Origin: Acidimicrobiia bacterium
GTDB taxonomy: Bacteria; Actinomycetota; Acidimicrobiia; Spongiisociales; ZC4RG35
Length of the DNA stretch: 47,514 nt
Direction of reading: 5' to 3'
Assembly (NCBI GenBank): GCA_033720975.1
Contig: JAWWBL010000002.1
Coordinates: 1 to 47,514 of the forward strand
Notes under the pieces: model-generated
Seen by the model: the letters and a program-made list of their open reading frames with translations, nothing else
The model's database searches: none
What the model was told of the DNA's origin: nothing
Part shown: positions 9,541-18,330 of the stretch, in pieces
Position numbering within the stretch: the first letter of the stretch is position 1
Layout of the letters: each line of letters opens with the position of its first letter
Made by a program: the position numbers and the translations under genes

Positions 9541-12500
9541 CTAGCTACAGCCTGTCGTGTCCCCGCAGGTGAGGCAGACGTAGCAGCTGCCATTGCGAAT
9601 CGTCATGTGCCCACAGTTGGAGCAAACGGGCGCATCACCCATGTTCTCCCTCAAGGCAACGTCGGCGACGGCGCCTTCCCCGACAGCCGCGACGGCCATC
9701 ACCTTCTCCTCTACCGGGATAGGAACCGTTCCGTTCGGAGAGTCGGCGAATTCCGCGGCCCTCGCCACGACGTCCACGTCATCCTCTGCAACGGCGTCAC
9801 TCAGGTCGAGTTGGATTCCCGCGTCGATCGCGAGCCCCTTGGGTGGTGCTGCCAGGTCGCCTTCGCGGTCGGGCGGCACCTGGGCCAGCTCGTCTCGTTG
9901 GAGATATTCCACGCCCAGCGCCCTGAACACGTAGTCGATGATCGAGTTGGCCATCTTGATGTTGGCGTGGCCCTCGACCATTCCCCTCGGCTCGAACGTC
10001 TGGAACGTGAAGGTGTCGACGAACTCCTCGAGGGGGACGCCGAACTGGAGGCCCTTCGAGACCGCGATGGCAAAGCAGCTGAGGATCCCCTTCAGGGTGG
10101 CACCCTCCTTCGCCAGGTCGATGAAGATCTCTCCCAGTGTCCCGTCGTCGTACTCGCCGGTTCGGAGGTAGACCTTGTGCCCACCGACGCGCGCTTCTTG
10201 GAGATAGCCGGAGCGTCTTGCCGGCAGCATGAACCTCGGCGGCTTCATACCCCTGGCGTACGCCTGGGTCGGAGAGATCCCGGAGGGGAGGTTGCCCCAA
10301 TGGATTGCTTTCTCCTCCTCTACTGCTGCGGTTATCCCCGGTGCCTCGTCCTCGTTCTCCTCGCCTTCGTCGGCGGTCGAGTTGAGCGGCTGAGCGGCCT
10401 TGGACCCGTCGCGATAGATCGCCATTGCCTTCAACCCGAGCTCCCAGGACAGCTGGTAGGCCTCTTCGATGTCCTCGGCGGTCACTTCGTTCGGCATGTT
10501 GATCGTCTTCGATATCGCCCCCGATATGAACGGCTGGGCTGCGGCCATCATCTTGATGTGACCGTTGTGGTGGATGAACCGCTGTCCATAACGGCCGTTC
10601 CTGTTGGCGGTGTCGAAAACAGGCAGATGCTCATCCCTCAGGTGCGGGGCGCCTTCGATCGTCTGCCTTCCGCAGATGTGATCGTTCGCCTCGGCGATCT
10701 GGCTCCTGGTGAACCCGAGCGCCCTCAGGAGGTCGAATTCCCAGGAGGTGTACTCGTCAACGTCGAAGCCAAGCCGCTGCAGCGTCTCCTCCCCGAAGGT
10801 GAACACGTTGAAGGCGTGTTTCAGCTCGAAGACGGCCGGCAGTGTTGCGTCCAGCTTGGCGATGTCTTCCCGGTCGAATCCGAGCTCGGTCAGGCTCTCA
10901 ACATTGATGTGAGGTGCTCCATCGACCGAGCTCGTTCCGACGATGTAGCGCAACACGTCCTGGATCTGCTCTGCGCTGTAGCCAAGACGAGTCAGGGCCG
11001 GCGCCACAGACTGGTTGACGATTTTGAAGTAGCCGCCCCCTGCCAGCTTCTTGAACTTGACCAGGGCGAAATCCGGCTCGACGCCTGTGGTGTCACAGTC
11101 CATCAGCAAGCCGATGGTCCCTGTAGGAGCGAGAACACTGGCCTGCGCGTTCCTGTAGCCATGCTTCTCTCCGAGCTCGACGGCCAGGTCCCATGCCTGG
11201 CGCGCTGCATCGAGGAGTTCGGGTGGGGAGAGCTCGGAATCGATGCCCATCACCTTGGTTGATATGCCCTCATAGCGGTCGCCGTTGTACGCCGCCTCGC
11301 GGTGGTTGCGCATCACTCGGAGCATGGCCTCGCGGTTCTCGTAGAACTTCGGGAAGGGCCCCACCACTGAAGCCATCTCGGCCGATGTTGCGTACGAGTA
11401 CCCGGTGAGCACCGCGGTGAGGGCACCGGCGATGGCTCGGCCCTCATCGGAGTCGTAGGCGATTCCTTGCCTCATCAGCAAAGAGCCGAGGTTGGCGTAG
11501 CCCAGGCCCAGGGTCCGGTAGTCGTAGGAGCCCTGAGCGATGGACTCGGAGGGGAAGTGGGCCATCGCCACCGAGATCTCCAGAACGACGGTCCACAACC
11601 TCACGGCGTGTTTGTAGGCGTCGACGTCGAACACCCCCGTCTCGTCGTCATAGAACTTGACCAGGTTCAGGGAGGCGAGGTTGCAGGCGGTGTCATCGAG
11701 AAAGAGGTACTCACTACACGGGTTAGATGCCCTGATCCGACCGCCCGCCGGGCTGGTGTGCCATTCGTTGATGGTGGTATCGAACTGAAGCCCCGGGTCG
11801 GCGCACGCCCACGCCGCCTCGGCAATGCGGTTCCACAGATCGCGGGCTTTGACCGTCTTGCGGACCTCTCCGGTCGTCCGGTTGACGAGGTCCCACTCGC
11901 GGTCCTCTTCGACGGCCTTGATGAAGTCGTTGGTCACCCTGACCGAGTTGTTGGAGTTCTGGCCCGAGACCGTGGCGTATGCCTCACCGTTGAAGTCGGC
12001 GGGGAAGCCGCCATGAGCGATGAGAAGCTTGGCCTTCTCCTCTTCGGCCTTCTTCCAATCGATGAAGGCTTCGATGTCTGGGTGGTCGACGTCGAGGATC
12101 ACCATCTTCGCGGCGCGCCGTGTGGTGCCTCCCGACTTGATGGCGCCGGCAGCCCGGTCGCCGATCTTCAGGAACGACATGACCCCCGATGACTTCCCGC
12201 CGCCCGAGAGCTGTTCGTTCTCCGCTCGAATGGCCGAGAAGTTCGAGCCTGCTCCTGAACCGAACTTGAAGATTCTCGCCTCGCGTACCCACAGATCCAT
12301 GATCCCGCCCGGGTTGACGAGGTCGTCGGCGACGCTGAGGATGAAACAGGCGTGGGGTGCCGGCCGGCTGTATGAGTCGGGCGACTCCTTCATCTGGCCC
12401 GTTTCCCCGTCGACGTACCAGAAACCCTGAGCGGGGCCCGTGAGGCCGTAAGCCCAGTTCAAACCGGTGTTGAACCATTGCGGCGAGTTCGGCGCCGCCA

Positions 12501-12906
12501 TTTGGTTGGCCAGCATGTAACGCAGCTCGTCCTCGAAGGCTTCGGCATCGGACTCGGAGGCGAAGTAGCCCTCCTTCTCGCCCCAGTGCCGCCATGTGCC
12601 GGCGAGTCGGTCGAAGACCTGCTTTGCCGACCGCTCGGGACCGGTGACCGGTTCGCCGTTGTCGTCGACCAGCGGATTGCCCTCGCTGTCGTACTGGGGG
12701 ACACCGGCCTTGCGGAAGTACTTTGAGACCATGATGTCTGAGGCCACTTGGCTCCACTGCGACGGCACCTCGGCATCTTTCATCTCGAACACCACCGACC
12801 CATCGGGATTTGTGATCTTCGAGTCTCTGCGGGACCACTCGAACTGGGTGTAGGGGTCCTCTCCGGCCTTGGTGAAGCGACGGTTGATCCGCAGGCCATT
12901 GGTCAT
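9541..12906 (-). CDS. nrdJ: Adenosylcobalamin-dependent (class II) ribonucleoside-diphosphate reductase
   Basis: 1121 aa with NrdJ N-terminus (RRFTKAGEDPYTQFEWSRRDSKITNPDGS), active-site region NPCSEY, and a C-terminal Cys cluster CSNCGHMTIRNGSCYVCLTCG. Confidence 0.92.
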   Translation of the reverse strand: MTNGLRINRRFTKAGEDPYTQFEWSRRDSKITNPDGSVVFEMKDAEVPSQWSQVASDIMVSKYFRKAGVPQYDSEGNPLVDDNGEPVTGPERSAKQVFDRLAGTWRHWGEKEGYFASESDAEAFEDELRYMLANQMAAPNSPQWFNTGLNWAYGLTGPAQGFWYVDGETGQMKESPDSYSRPAPHACFILSVADDLVNPGGIMDLWVREARIFKFGSGAGSNFSAIRAENEQLSGGGKSSGVMSFLKIGDRAAGAIKSGGTTRRAAKMVILDVDHPDIEAFIDWKKAEEEKAKLLIAHGGFPADFNGEAYATVSGQNSNNSVRVTNDFIKAVEEDREWDLVNRTTGEVRKTVKARDLWNRIAEAAWACADPGLQFDTTINEWHTSPAGGRIRASNPCSEYLFLDDTACNLASLNLVKFYDDETGVFDVDAYKHAVRLWTVVLEISVAMAHFPSESIAQGSYDYRTLGLGYANLGSLLMRQGIAYDSDEGRAIAGALTAVLTGYSYATSAEMASVVGPFPKFYENREAMLRVMRNHREAAYNGDRYEGISTKVMGIDSELSPPELLDAARQAWDLAVELGEKHGYRNAQASVLAPTGTIGLLMDCDTTGVEPDFALVKFKKLAGGGYFKIVNQSVAPALTRLGYSAEQIQDVLRYIVGTSSVDGAPHINVESLTELGFDREDIAKLDATLPAVFELKHAFNVFTFGEETLQRLGFDVDEYTSWEFDLLRALGFTRSQIAEANDHICGRQTIEGAPHLRDEHLPVFDTANRNGRYGQRFIHHNGHIKMMAAAQPFISGAISKTINMPNEVTAEDIEEAYQLSWELGLKAMAIYRDGSKAAQPLNSTADEGEENEDEAPGITAAVEEEKAIHWGNLPSGISPTQAYARGMKPPRFMLPARRSGYLQEARVGGHKVYLRTGEYDDGTLGEIFIDLAKEGATLKGILSCFAIAVSKGLQFGVPLEEFVDTFTFQTFEPRGMVEGHANIKMANSIIDYVFRALGVEYLQRDELAQVPPDREGDLAAPPKGLAIDAGIQLDLSDAVAEDDVDVVARAAEFADSPNGTVPIPVEEKVMAVAAVGEGAVADVALRENMGDAPVCSNCGHMTIRNGSCYVCLTCGDTTGCS

Positions 12907-12989
12907 CTGTAGTGCCTCCTCCGCACTAGCTGGCCCCGGCCAGGGCCTGAGGCCGATAACCGGGGACCATGTCCATTATCAAGCTCCAA

Positions 12990-13036
12990 CCACAAGATGT
13001 TGTGGTGTGCGGGGAAGTGACCACCAAATCTTGTAT
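12990..13036 (-). promoter_or_regulatory. Tandem NrdR boxes upstream of nrdJ
   Basis: CCACAAGATGTTGTGG (12990-13005, near-palindromic) and CCACCAAATCTTGTAT (13021-13036), 31 bp start-to-start. They sit 84-130 bp upstream of the nrdJ ATG and resemble the acaCwAtATaTwGtgt NrdR box. Confidence 0.6.
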
Positions 13037-13046
13037 GGACTACAAC

Positions 13047-13075
13047 ACTGTAATTACAGGCGTGGAACCCGTCAA
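13047..13075 (-). promoter_or_regulatory. Putative housekeeping-sigma promoter of nrdJ
   Basis: On the minus strand: TTGACG (13075-13070), a 17-nt spacer, then TACAGT (13052-13047). The NrdR box starts about 10 nt downstream of the -10 element. Confidence 0.5.
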
Positions 13076-13220
13076 GCACTCTGGCTCGACAAACCGAACT
13101 CAGCGAGACGCCGGGGAAGTGAACGTCGCATTCGGGACGCCCGGGGGAAGTGCGGCTGACCATAGAGGCCGATCACCGCCGAGGCGAGGATGCAGGCTGC
13201 GAGGTTTTCGCGACCCCGCC

Positions 13221-13865
13221 TCAGCGGGCGGGGTGAGCCCAACTGTCCTCGACCCTGCCCGTGTCGATCGTCCACCGCGGCAGCGTGATGTGAACGATGG
13301 GCCCCATGCCCAGGGCGAAGGCGACGGTGCCTATGCCAAACGTCCCCCCCATCAGCCAGCCAACCAACAGCACGATGATCTCGATGCCCCAACGGGTGAC
13401 CCGAATCGACGGTCCCCTCCTCGCAATTGCGGTCATGAGCCCGTCCCTTGGTCCCGGGCCCAAGTTGGCCCCGATGTACATGCCCGTGGCCAGACCGATG
13501 ATCAACATGCCGCCTGCGACCATGAGCCAGGCCACGAGCCCCTCCCCAGCGGGAAGGATGGCAACCGAGACGTCGATGACGATTCCGATGATTATCGCGT
13601 TCAAGACTGTGCCGACCCCGAACCTCTCGCGGAGCGGGAGCCACAGGAGCAGAACCGCCACCGAGACGAAAATGGACATGATGCCTACTGTCGTGCCGAA
13701 CTGAACCGCCAGGCCTTGATGGAGGACATCCCAGGGTGGGACGCCTAGCCCGGACTCGAGCATGAGGCCGATTCCGAAGCCGAAGAGGATCAAGCCGACG
13801 GAAAGTTGAGTGAGGCGGCGACGGAGGTTGTTGCCGCGAATGGGAATGAACACGGGAGCCATCAC
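13221..13865 (-). CDS. YczE-like multi-pass membrane protein
   Basis: 214 aa with GLGVPPWDVLHQGL and GANLGPGPRDGLM motifs, as I recall them for the YczE/YitT-like membrane family. Confidence 0.5.
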   Translation of the reverse strand: MMAPVFIPIRGNNLRRRLTQLSVGLILFGFGIGLMLESGLGVPPWDVLHQGLAVQFGTTVGIMSIFVSVAVLLLWLPLRERFGVGTVLNAIIIGIVIDVSVAILPAGEGLVAWLMVAGGMLIIGLATGMYIGANLGPGPRDGLMTAIARRGPSIRVTRWGIEIIVLLVGWLMGGTFGIGTVAFALGMGPIVHITLPRWTIDTGRVEDSWAHPAR

Positions 13866-13903
13866 GCTAACAATGAAGCCTCGATGCCAATAGGAAGCTT
13901 CTG

Positions 13904-14578
13904 ATGTCTGTTGATTTCACGGTCAAAGATCCAGCGGGGATCCCCTGGACCCTCTCCGAGCATCTCGACGCCGCGGCGGTGATCACCTTTCACCGCGGTG
14001 ACTTCTGAACTTACTGTCACGGCCAGTTGGCCGTCTCGGCAGTGCGTCAGGAGGAATATCTCGCCGCCGGCGGCCGGGTTTACGGCCTATCGGCGGACAC
14101 CCCTGGTCAGAACTCAGCAGTCATGGCCAAGCTGGGGATCACGATCCCGATCTTCTCGGACGAGGACAAGGAGGCGGCTGTTCGACCACTCGGGTTCGAT
14201 GACGAGAAGGACCCCAGAAAGATCTCGCTCCCCGGGACCGTGATCATTTCCCCTCAGGGTGAGATCGCCTACAGGTTCGTGGGCCGCGATTACGCAGATC
14301 GCCCCGACGAAGACGACGTCTTGGAGCATCTGCGGGGATTGGAGCTACCGGCGACGACCCAGGAAGCCGTCACACCCGGGCCGGCTGCACCCGGGCCCAC
14401 CGCGATGCCGGCCGAGGGTCTTCCTCACTATTTCCGGGGGGCCAAGTTCGCCAACCTCGCGCTACGGAGGCGTCATCGCCACCTCGGCGAGGAATTCACC
14501 GACGACACGAAGGCCTACATAGCAATGGTCGATCGCTACCTGGATGCATTGTCGGACCTCGAGGAGCGCAGGGCGTAA
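13904..14578 (+). CDS. Peroxiredoxin-like (AhpC/TSA, CxxC-type) thiol oxidoreductase; candidate selenoprotein with in-frame UGA at 14006-14008
   Basis: ATG 13904 (AGGAAG upstream) opens MSVDFTVKDPAGIPWTLSEHLDAAAVITFHRGDF, then TGA, then in frame TYCHGQLAVSAVRQEEY...GLSADTP...IFSDED. The TGA is where the family motif F(Y/H)RGxxCxxC has its first Cys. A hairpin follows the TGA. Confidence 0.5.
14009..14042 (+). promoter_or_regulatory. bSECIS-like stem-loop downstream of the in-frame UGA
   Basis: Core stem ACGGCC (14019-14024) / GGCCGU (14029-14034) with apical loop AGUU containing G-U. The loop begins 16 nt after the UGA; imperfect lower-stem pairs extend to about 14012/14041. Confidence 0.4.
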
Positions 14579-14590
14579 CGTGAGGCCCTT

Positions 14591-15316
14591 ATGGAGGGGC
14601 CTCAGGTCCAACTCGTTGCAACTTGCCTGGTAGACGCCCTCGCCCCACACGTGGGGAGGGCAACCGTGTCCGTGTTGGAGACCGCCGGTTGTCAGGTCTC
14701 GTACCCGCAAGGTCAGACCTGTTGCGGGCAGCCCGCTCACAACGCCGGATACGCGGAGCAGGCCAGGGCGATGGCCGCCCACACCGTTGACCTCCTCGAT
14801 GCGACCGAGGGCCCGATAGTCCTTCCCTCCGGATCGTGCACCGACATGATCGTGCACCATTACCCGGAGATCTTCGAAGGGACAGAGCGCGAAGAGGCAG
14901 CGCGGCGCGTATCGACTCGGACCAGGGAGCTGACGCAGTTCCTGGTCGACGATCTCGGAGCCCTCGTAAAGGCTCGTTGCGACGGTTGTTCGGTGGCCTA
15001 CCACCATTCGTGCCACGGGCTGATGGGTTTGGGGCTCGGGTCACAAGCCGACGACATCCTCTCCGAGGTCGAACGGGTGGAGTTGGACGGCGACACGGAT
15101 TGCTGCGGGTTTGGGGGCCTCTTCTCGCTCGAGATGCCTTCGGTGTCAGCGGCGATCATGGACGAGAAGCTGGACCGCATCGAGGCCTCGGGTGCAGACG
15201 TGGTCGCCGGTGGCGACGTGGCCTGTTTGATTCACATGGAAGGCGGTCTCAGGCGCCGGGGGTCTGGAGTCAGGGTCAGGCACATAGCTGAGCTGATGGC
15301 AGGCCCGGAAGCGTGA
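14591..15316 (+). CDS. lutA: Lactate utilisation protein A (CCG-domain Fe-S oxidoreductase, YkgE/LutA)
   Basis: 241 aa with two CCG motifs (QTCCGQPAHNAG, TDCCGFGGLF). First gene of a lutABC-type trio. Confidence 0.85.
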   Translation: MEGPQVQLVATCLVDALAPHVGRATVSVLETAGCQVSYPQGQTCCGQPAHNAGYAEQARAMAAHTVDLLDATEGPIVLPSGSCTDMIVHHYPEIFEGTEREEAARRVSTRTRELTQFLVDDLGALVKARCDGCSVAYHHSCHGLMGLGLGSQADDILSEVERVELDGDTDCCGFGGLFSLEMPSVSAAIMDEKLDRIEASGADVVAGGDVACLIHMEGGLRRRGSGVRVRHIAELMAGPEA

Positions 15317-16713
15317 GTCAGCCGGTCACCTTCACCTCCCGCGCCGAACGGCTGTTGGGGACTGGAGAGGCGGCTGCCGTCGACCGCGGGATGCGCTACA
15401 TGGCGGATCGGCGCCAGATGAGGATCGACGAGCTCCCGATCTCCGATGGACTCCGCGATCGTGCCAGGGCGGTCCGCATACACGCCCTGAGTCACCTCGA
15501 TCGCCTGCTGGGGCATTTCGCCGATCGTGTGACCGCATTGGGAGGCGAAGTCCACTTCGCGTCCGACGCCGCCGAGGCGAACCAGATCATCGGTGACATC
15601 CTGCGAGCTGAGGCTGCGGAGCTGGTCGTGAAGGCCAAATCGATGGTCACCGAGGAGATCGAGCTCAACGAGCATTTAGAGCGCTCGGGTCATCGAGTCG
15701 TGGAAACCGACTTGGGAGAGTTCATCGCACAGCTCGCCGGTGAGCCACCCAGCCACATCATTGCTCCCGTCCTCCACAAGACGCGCCGGGATGTTGGCGA
15801 GCTGTTCGCGGAAAAGCTCGGTATCGAGCCCACCGACGATCCGGTGCGACTGAACGCCGCGGCACGCGAGCACCTCCGACCCGTGTTTCTCCAGGCGGAT
15901 GCGGGCATATCGGGGGTCAACATGGCCGTGGCTGAGTCCGGCTCTCTCGTGTTGGTGACCAACGAGGGCAACGGGCGAATGGTCACGTCCGCGCCGCCGG
16001 TGCACATTGCTGTCATGGGGATGGAGAGAATCGTGGCCCGATGGGAGGACGCCGGTGTGATTCTCGAGGTCCTCGCCAGATCTGCCACTGGCCAACGCAT
16101 GTCCGTCTATACCAACGTCGTAACAGGGCCGCGTCGAGACGGTGACCCCGACGGGCCGGACCGTCTCCATGTCGTGGTGGTTGACAATGGCAGGTCAGAG
16201 ATCCTGGCGGGGGAGAACGCCGAGATCCTCGCGTGCATCAGGTGCGGGGCCTGTCTCAACATATGCCCGGTCTTCAGGACAGTCGGGGGTCATGCCTACG
16301 GGACCGTCTACTCGGGCCCCGTGGGCTCGGTAGTGACTCCTGGCCTCCACGGGATGGATCCCTGGTGGGACCTTCCGTTTGCGTCCACGATGTGCGGAGC
16401 GTGCCAGGACGTGTGCCCCGTCCGTATCGAGATCCCACGAATGCTGCTCAACCTGCGCCGACAAGCAGTCGACGAGAGTCGACTCCCGGGATGGCTGGGA
16501 AGGGGCCTGTCTGCGTATGCGCGGGCAGCAACCCAGCCGGCCAGATGGGCCAGAGCAAAGAGGTGGGCCCATCGTCTCAGCGGCTTCTTCGCCGCGAGGG
16601 GCTGGCTTCGGCGTGTGCCCGGCCCGGCGCGGGGGTGGACGAGGTATAGGGACTTTCCTCGCCCGGCAAAGCAATCGTTCGCAGAATGGTGGGAGACGGA
16701 ACGTGAGACGTGA
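15313..16713 (+). CDS. lutB: Lactate utilisation protein B (4Fe-4S protein, YkgF/LutB)
   Basis: 466 aa with ferredoxin-type motifs CIRCGACLNICP and CGACQDVCP. GTG start overlaps the lutA stop. Confidence 0.85.
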   Translation: MSQPVTFTSRAERLLGTGEAAAVDRGMRYMADRRQMRIDELPISDGLRDRARAVRIHALSHLDRLLGHFADRVTALGGEVHFASDAAEANQIIGDILRAEAAELVVKAKSMVTEEIELNEHLERSGHRVVETDLGEFIAQLAGEPPSHIIAPVLHKTRRDVGELFAEKLGIEPTDDPVRLNAAAREHLRPVFLQADAGISGVNMAVAESGSLVLVTNEGNGRMVTSAPPVHIAVMGMERIVARWEDAGVILEVLARSATGQRMSVYTNVVTGPRRDGDPDGPDRLHVVVVDNGRSEILAGENAEILACIRCGACLNICPVFRTVGGHAYGTVYSGPVGSVVTPGLHGMDPWWDLPFASTMCGACQDVCPVRIEIPRMLLNLRRQAVDESRLPGWLGRGLSAYARAATQPARWARAKRWAHRLSGFFAARGWLRRVPGPARGWTRYRDFPRPAKQSFAEWWETERET

Positions 16714-17356
16714 AGACTTCCTGGCCAGGGTGGGTCGGTCCGTGATGAGTGCCACTCTCCCCGATATACCGGCGTTGGACTCGGAGATGCCGACGCTTCC
16801 CCCGACAGACCTCGTCGCCCTATTCCGCGAGCGAATTCGTGAGGTCGACGGGGTCGCTCACGGACCGGTCGGCCGAACGGCGGTACCGAAGGTGGTCTCG
16901 GGGATCGCCGCCGGTCACGCCTCCAGCCGGTATCTCGCCTGGGATGACCTCCCGGTTCCGGGTGTGACGTCCGGGCTCGACCGGGAAGGTCTGGAGCGGG
17001 TCGACCACGAGGTGCCGGAGCAAGATCGCAAGGCCCACCAGGTCACATATGAGTCCGTCGACCTTGGCGTCACGGGCGCCGAGGCGGGACTGGCTGAGAG
17101 TGGAAGTGTCGTTCTGTCGCACGGCCCGGGCCGGCCCCGAATGGCCAGCCTGATCCCCGATGTCCACGTAGTCCTGCTCCACGTGAACCGGATGGCCCGC
17201 ACCATCTCGGACTTGGCCCGGAGGCACCCCGAATGGGTGTCCGAGACTGCCAACCTCGTTTTCGTCACCGGGCCCAGCCGGACCGGCGACATCGAACTTC
17301 ATCTCAATCTGGGTGTCCACGGGCCGCGGCACGTTCACGTCGTGATGTACCAATGA
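16703..17356 (+). CDS. lutC: Lactate utilisation protein C (YkgG/LutC)
   Basis: GTG at 16703 overlaps the lutB 3' end (alternative ATG at 16745). LUD-domain-like sequence ...GVTGAEAGLAESGSVVL...FVTGPSRTGDIE. Confidence 0.75.
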   Translation: MRREDFLARVGRSVMSATLPDIPALDSEMPTLPPTDLVALFRERIREVDGVAHGPVGRTAVPKVVSGIAAGHASSRYLAWDDLPVPGVTSGLDREGLERVDHEVPEQDRKAHQVTYESVDLGVTGAEAGLAESGSVVLSHGPGRPRMASLIPDVHVVLLHVNRMARTISDLARRHPEWVSETANLVFVTGPSRTGDIELHLNLGVHGPRHVHVVMYQ

Positions 17357-18324
17357 CCGGCGTTAGAGAACCCCCCAAGCGCCACGGTCCCTCCAGGTCA
17401 CTCCGTCGTTTCGTGACTCTCGCCATTCTCGTCGCCATCGCCGGTCTGGTTCTCTTCGTGGTCGTGACCGATCAACGGATCGAGGCCGTTGAGTCCGTGG
17501 ATCACGCCACCATCGACTTGGAAGAACCTGCAACGGTGGGGAATCTCACGGTCAATGTCACCGTGTCCGGAGGGGGCCCGATCCCGGTTGTGTTCCTGCA
17601 CGATGTCGATGTTGCCGGTGGCGCAGTCTTCGAAGGAGCGATGGCAGAGTTGCCAAATAGGTTCCACGGTGTGGTCGTCGATCTGCCTGGTTTTGGCCTC
17701 AGCCAGAGAATCACCGGGCCGGATGACACATACGCGGTGGCCGGCATGGCAGACGTGGTCGCCGGCGTCCTCGAGGACCGGCTCTCGATCTCGGCGGTGA
17801 TCGTGGGTGTTGGATACGGGGGCGAGGTCGCTTCCGAGATTGCCGTGACGCGGCCCGATCTGGTTCGGGGCCTGGTGTTGGTGGACGTGGATTTCTGGGA
17901 GCAGCCGGACTGGCTCGAGATCGCCAAAGGACTCCCCATTCTCGGCCGCTCCATAACGTTCACATTCGATGCCGGCGGTCTGCTGGGCACAGATCGATGG
18001 TCGCCGAACTGCGATTCCGGCGGATGGTGCCCCTCGGATGCCCAGCTATCGGCCCGTTCCATCGCCGCCTCCATTGAAGGGTCCACTGATGCCCTCCTCG
18101 GTCATCTGGAGACGTTGCCGTCCTCACGTGTCCCGAGCGCGCTGTCAGAGATCGTGGTGCCAGTCTCCTATGTGTGGAGCGCAAAGGGCAGTGTGCCCCG
18201 AGAAACCATCGATCGTCTACGCGCTGCCATCGCGGAATTGTTACTCGTCGAGAGCGATTCCTGGATGGCTCACGTGGACGACCCAAGCGCCATTGCAGGG
18301 GCCGTCGATGCGGTCAGCCCTTGA
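17353..18324 (+). CDS. Membrane-anchored alpha/beta-hydrolase-fold protein (nucleophile Ser apparently absent)
   Basis: 323 aa from ATG 17353 (ATGA overlap with lutC). N-terminal TM, HG-like VVFLHD, and nucleophile elbow reading GVGYGG instead of GxSxG. Confidence 0.6.
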   Translation: MTGVREPPKRHGPSRSLRRFVTLAILVAIAGLVLFVVVTDQRIEAVESVDHATIDLEEPATVGNLTVNVTVSGGGPIPVVFLHDVDVAGGAVFEGAMAELPNRFHGVVVDLPGFGLSQRITGPDDTYAVAGMADVVAGVLEDRLSISAVIVGVGYGGEVASEIAVTRPDLVRGLVLVDVDFWEQPDWLEIAKGLPILGRSITFTFDAGGLLGTDRWSPNCDSGGWCPSDAQLSARSIAASIEGSTDALLGHLETLPSSRVPSALSEIVVPVSYVWSAKGSVPRETIDRLRAAIAELLLVESDSWMAHVDDPSAIAGAVDAVSP

Positions 18325-18330
18325 AAGGCG

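Noticed and set aside
9499-11262. 587-aa ORF on the plus strand.
   Set aside because: It is entirely antisense to nrdJ, whose translation has unmistakable class II RNR motifs. Long stop-free antisense frames are expected in high-G+C DNA, and this translation is Arg/Gly/Val-rich with no motif.
13904-14026. Treating the peroxiredoxin-like gene as a plain pseudogene, or as a short ORF starting at TTG 14027.
   Set aside because: This is not fully rejected. The single stop falls exactly on the redox Cys position, the frame is otherwise intact on both sides, and a suitably spaced hairpin follows. Selenocysteine recoding is therefore the better first hypothesis. Absence of sel genes in the genome would reverse this.
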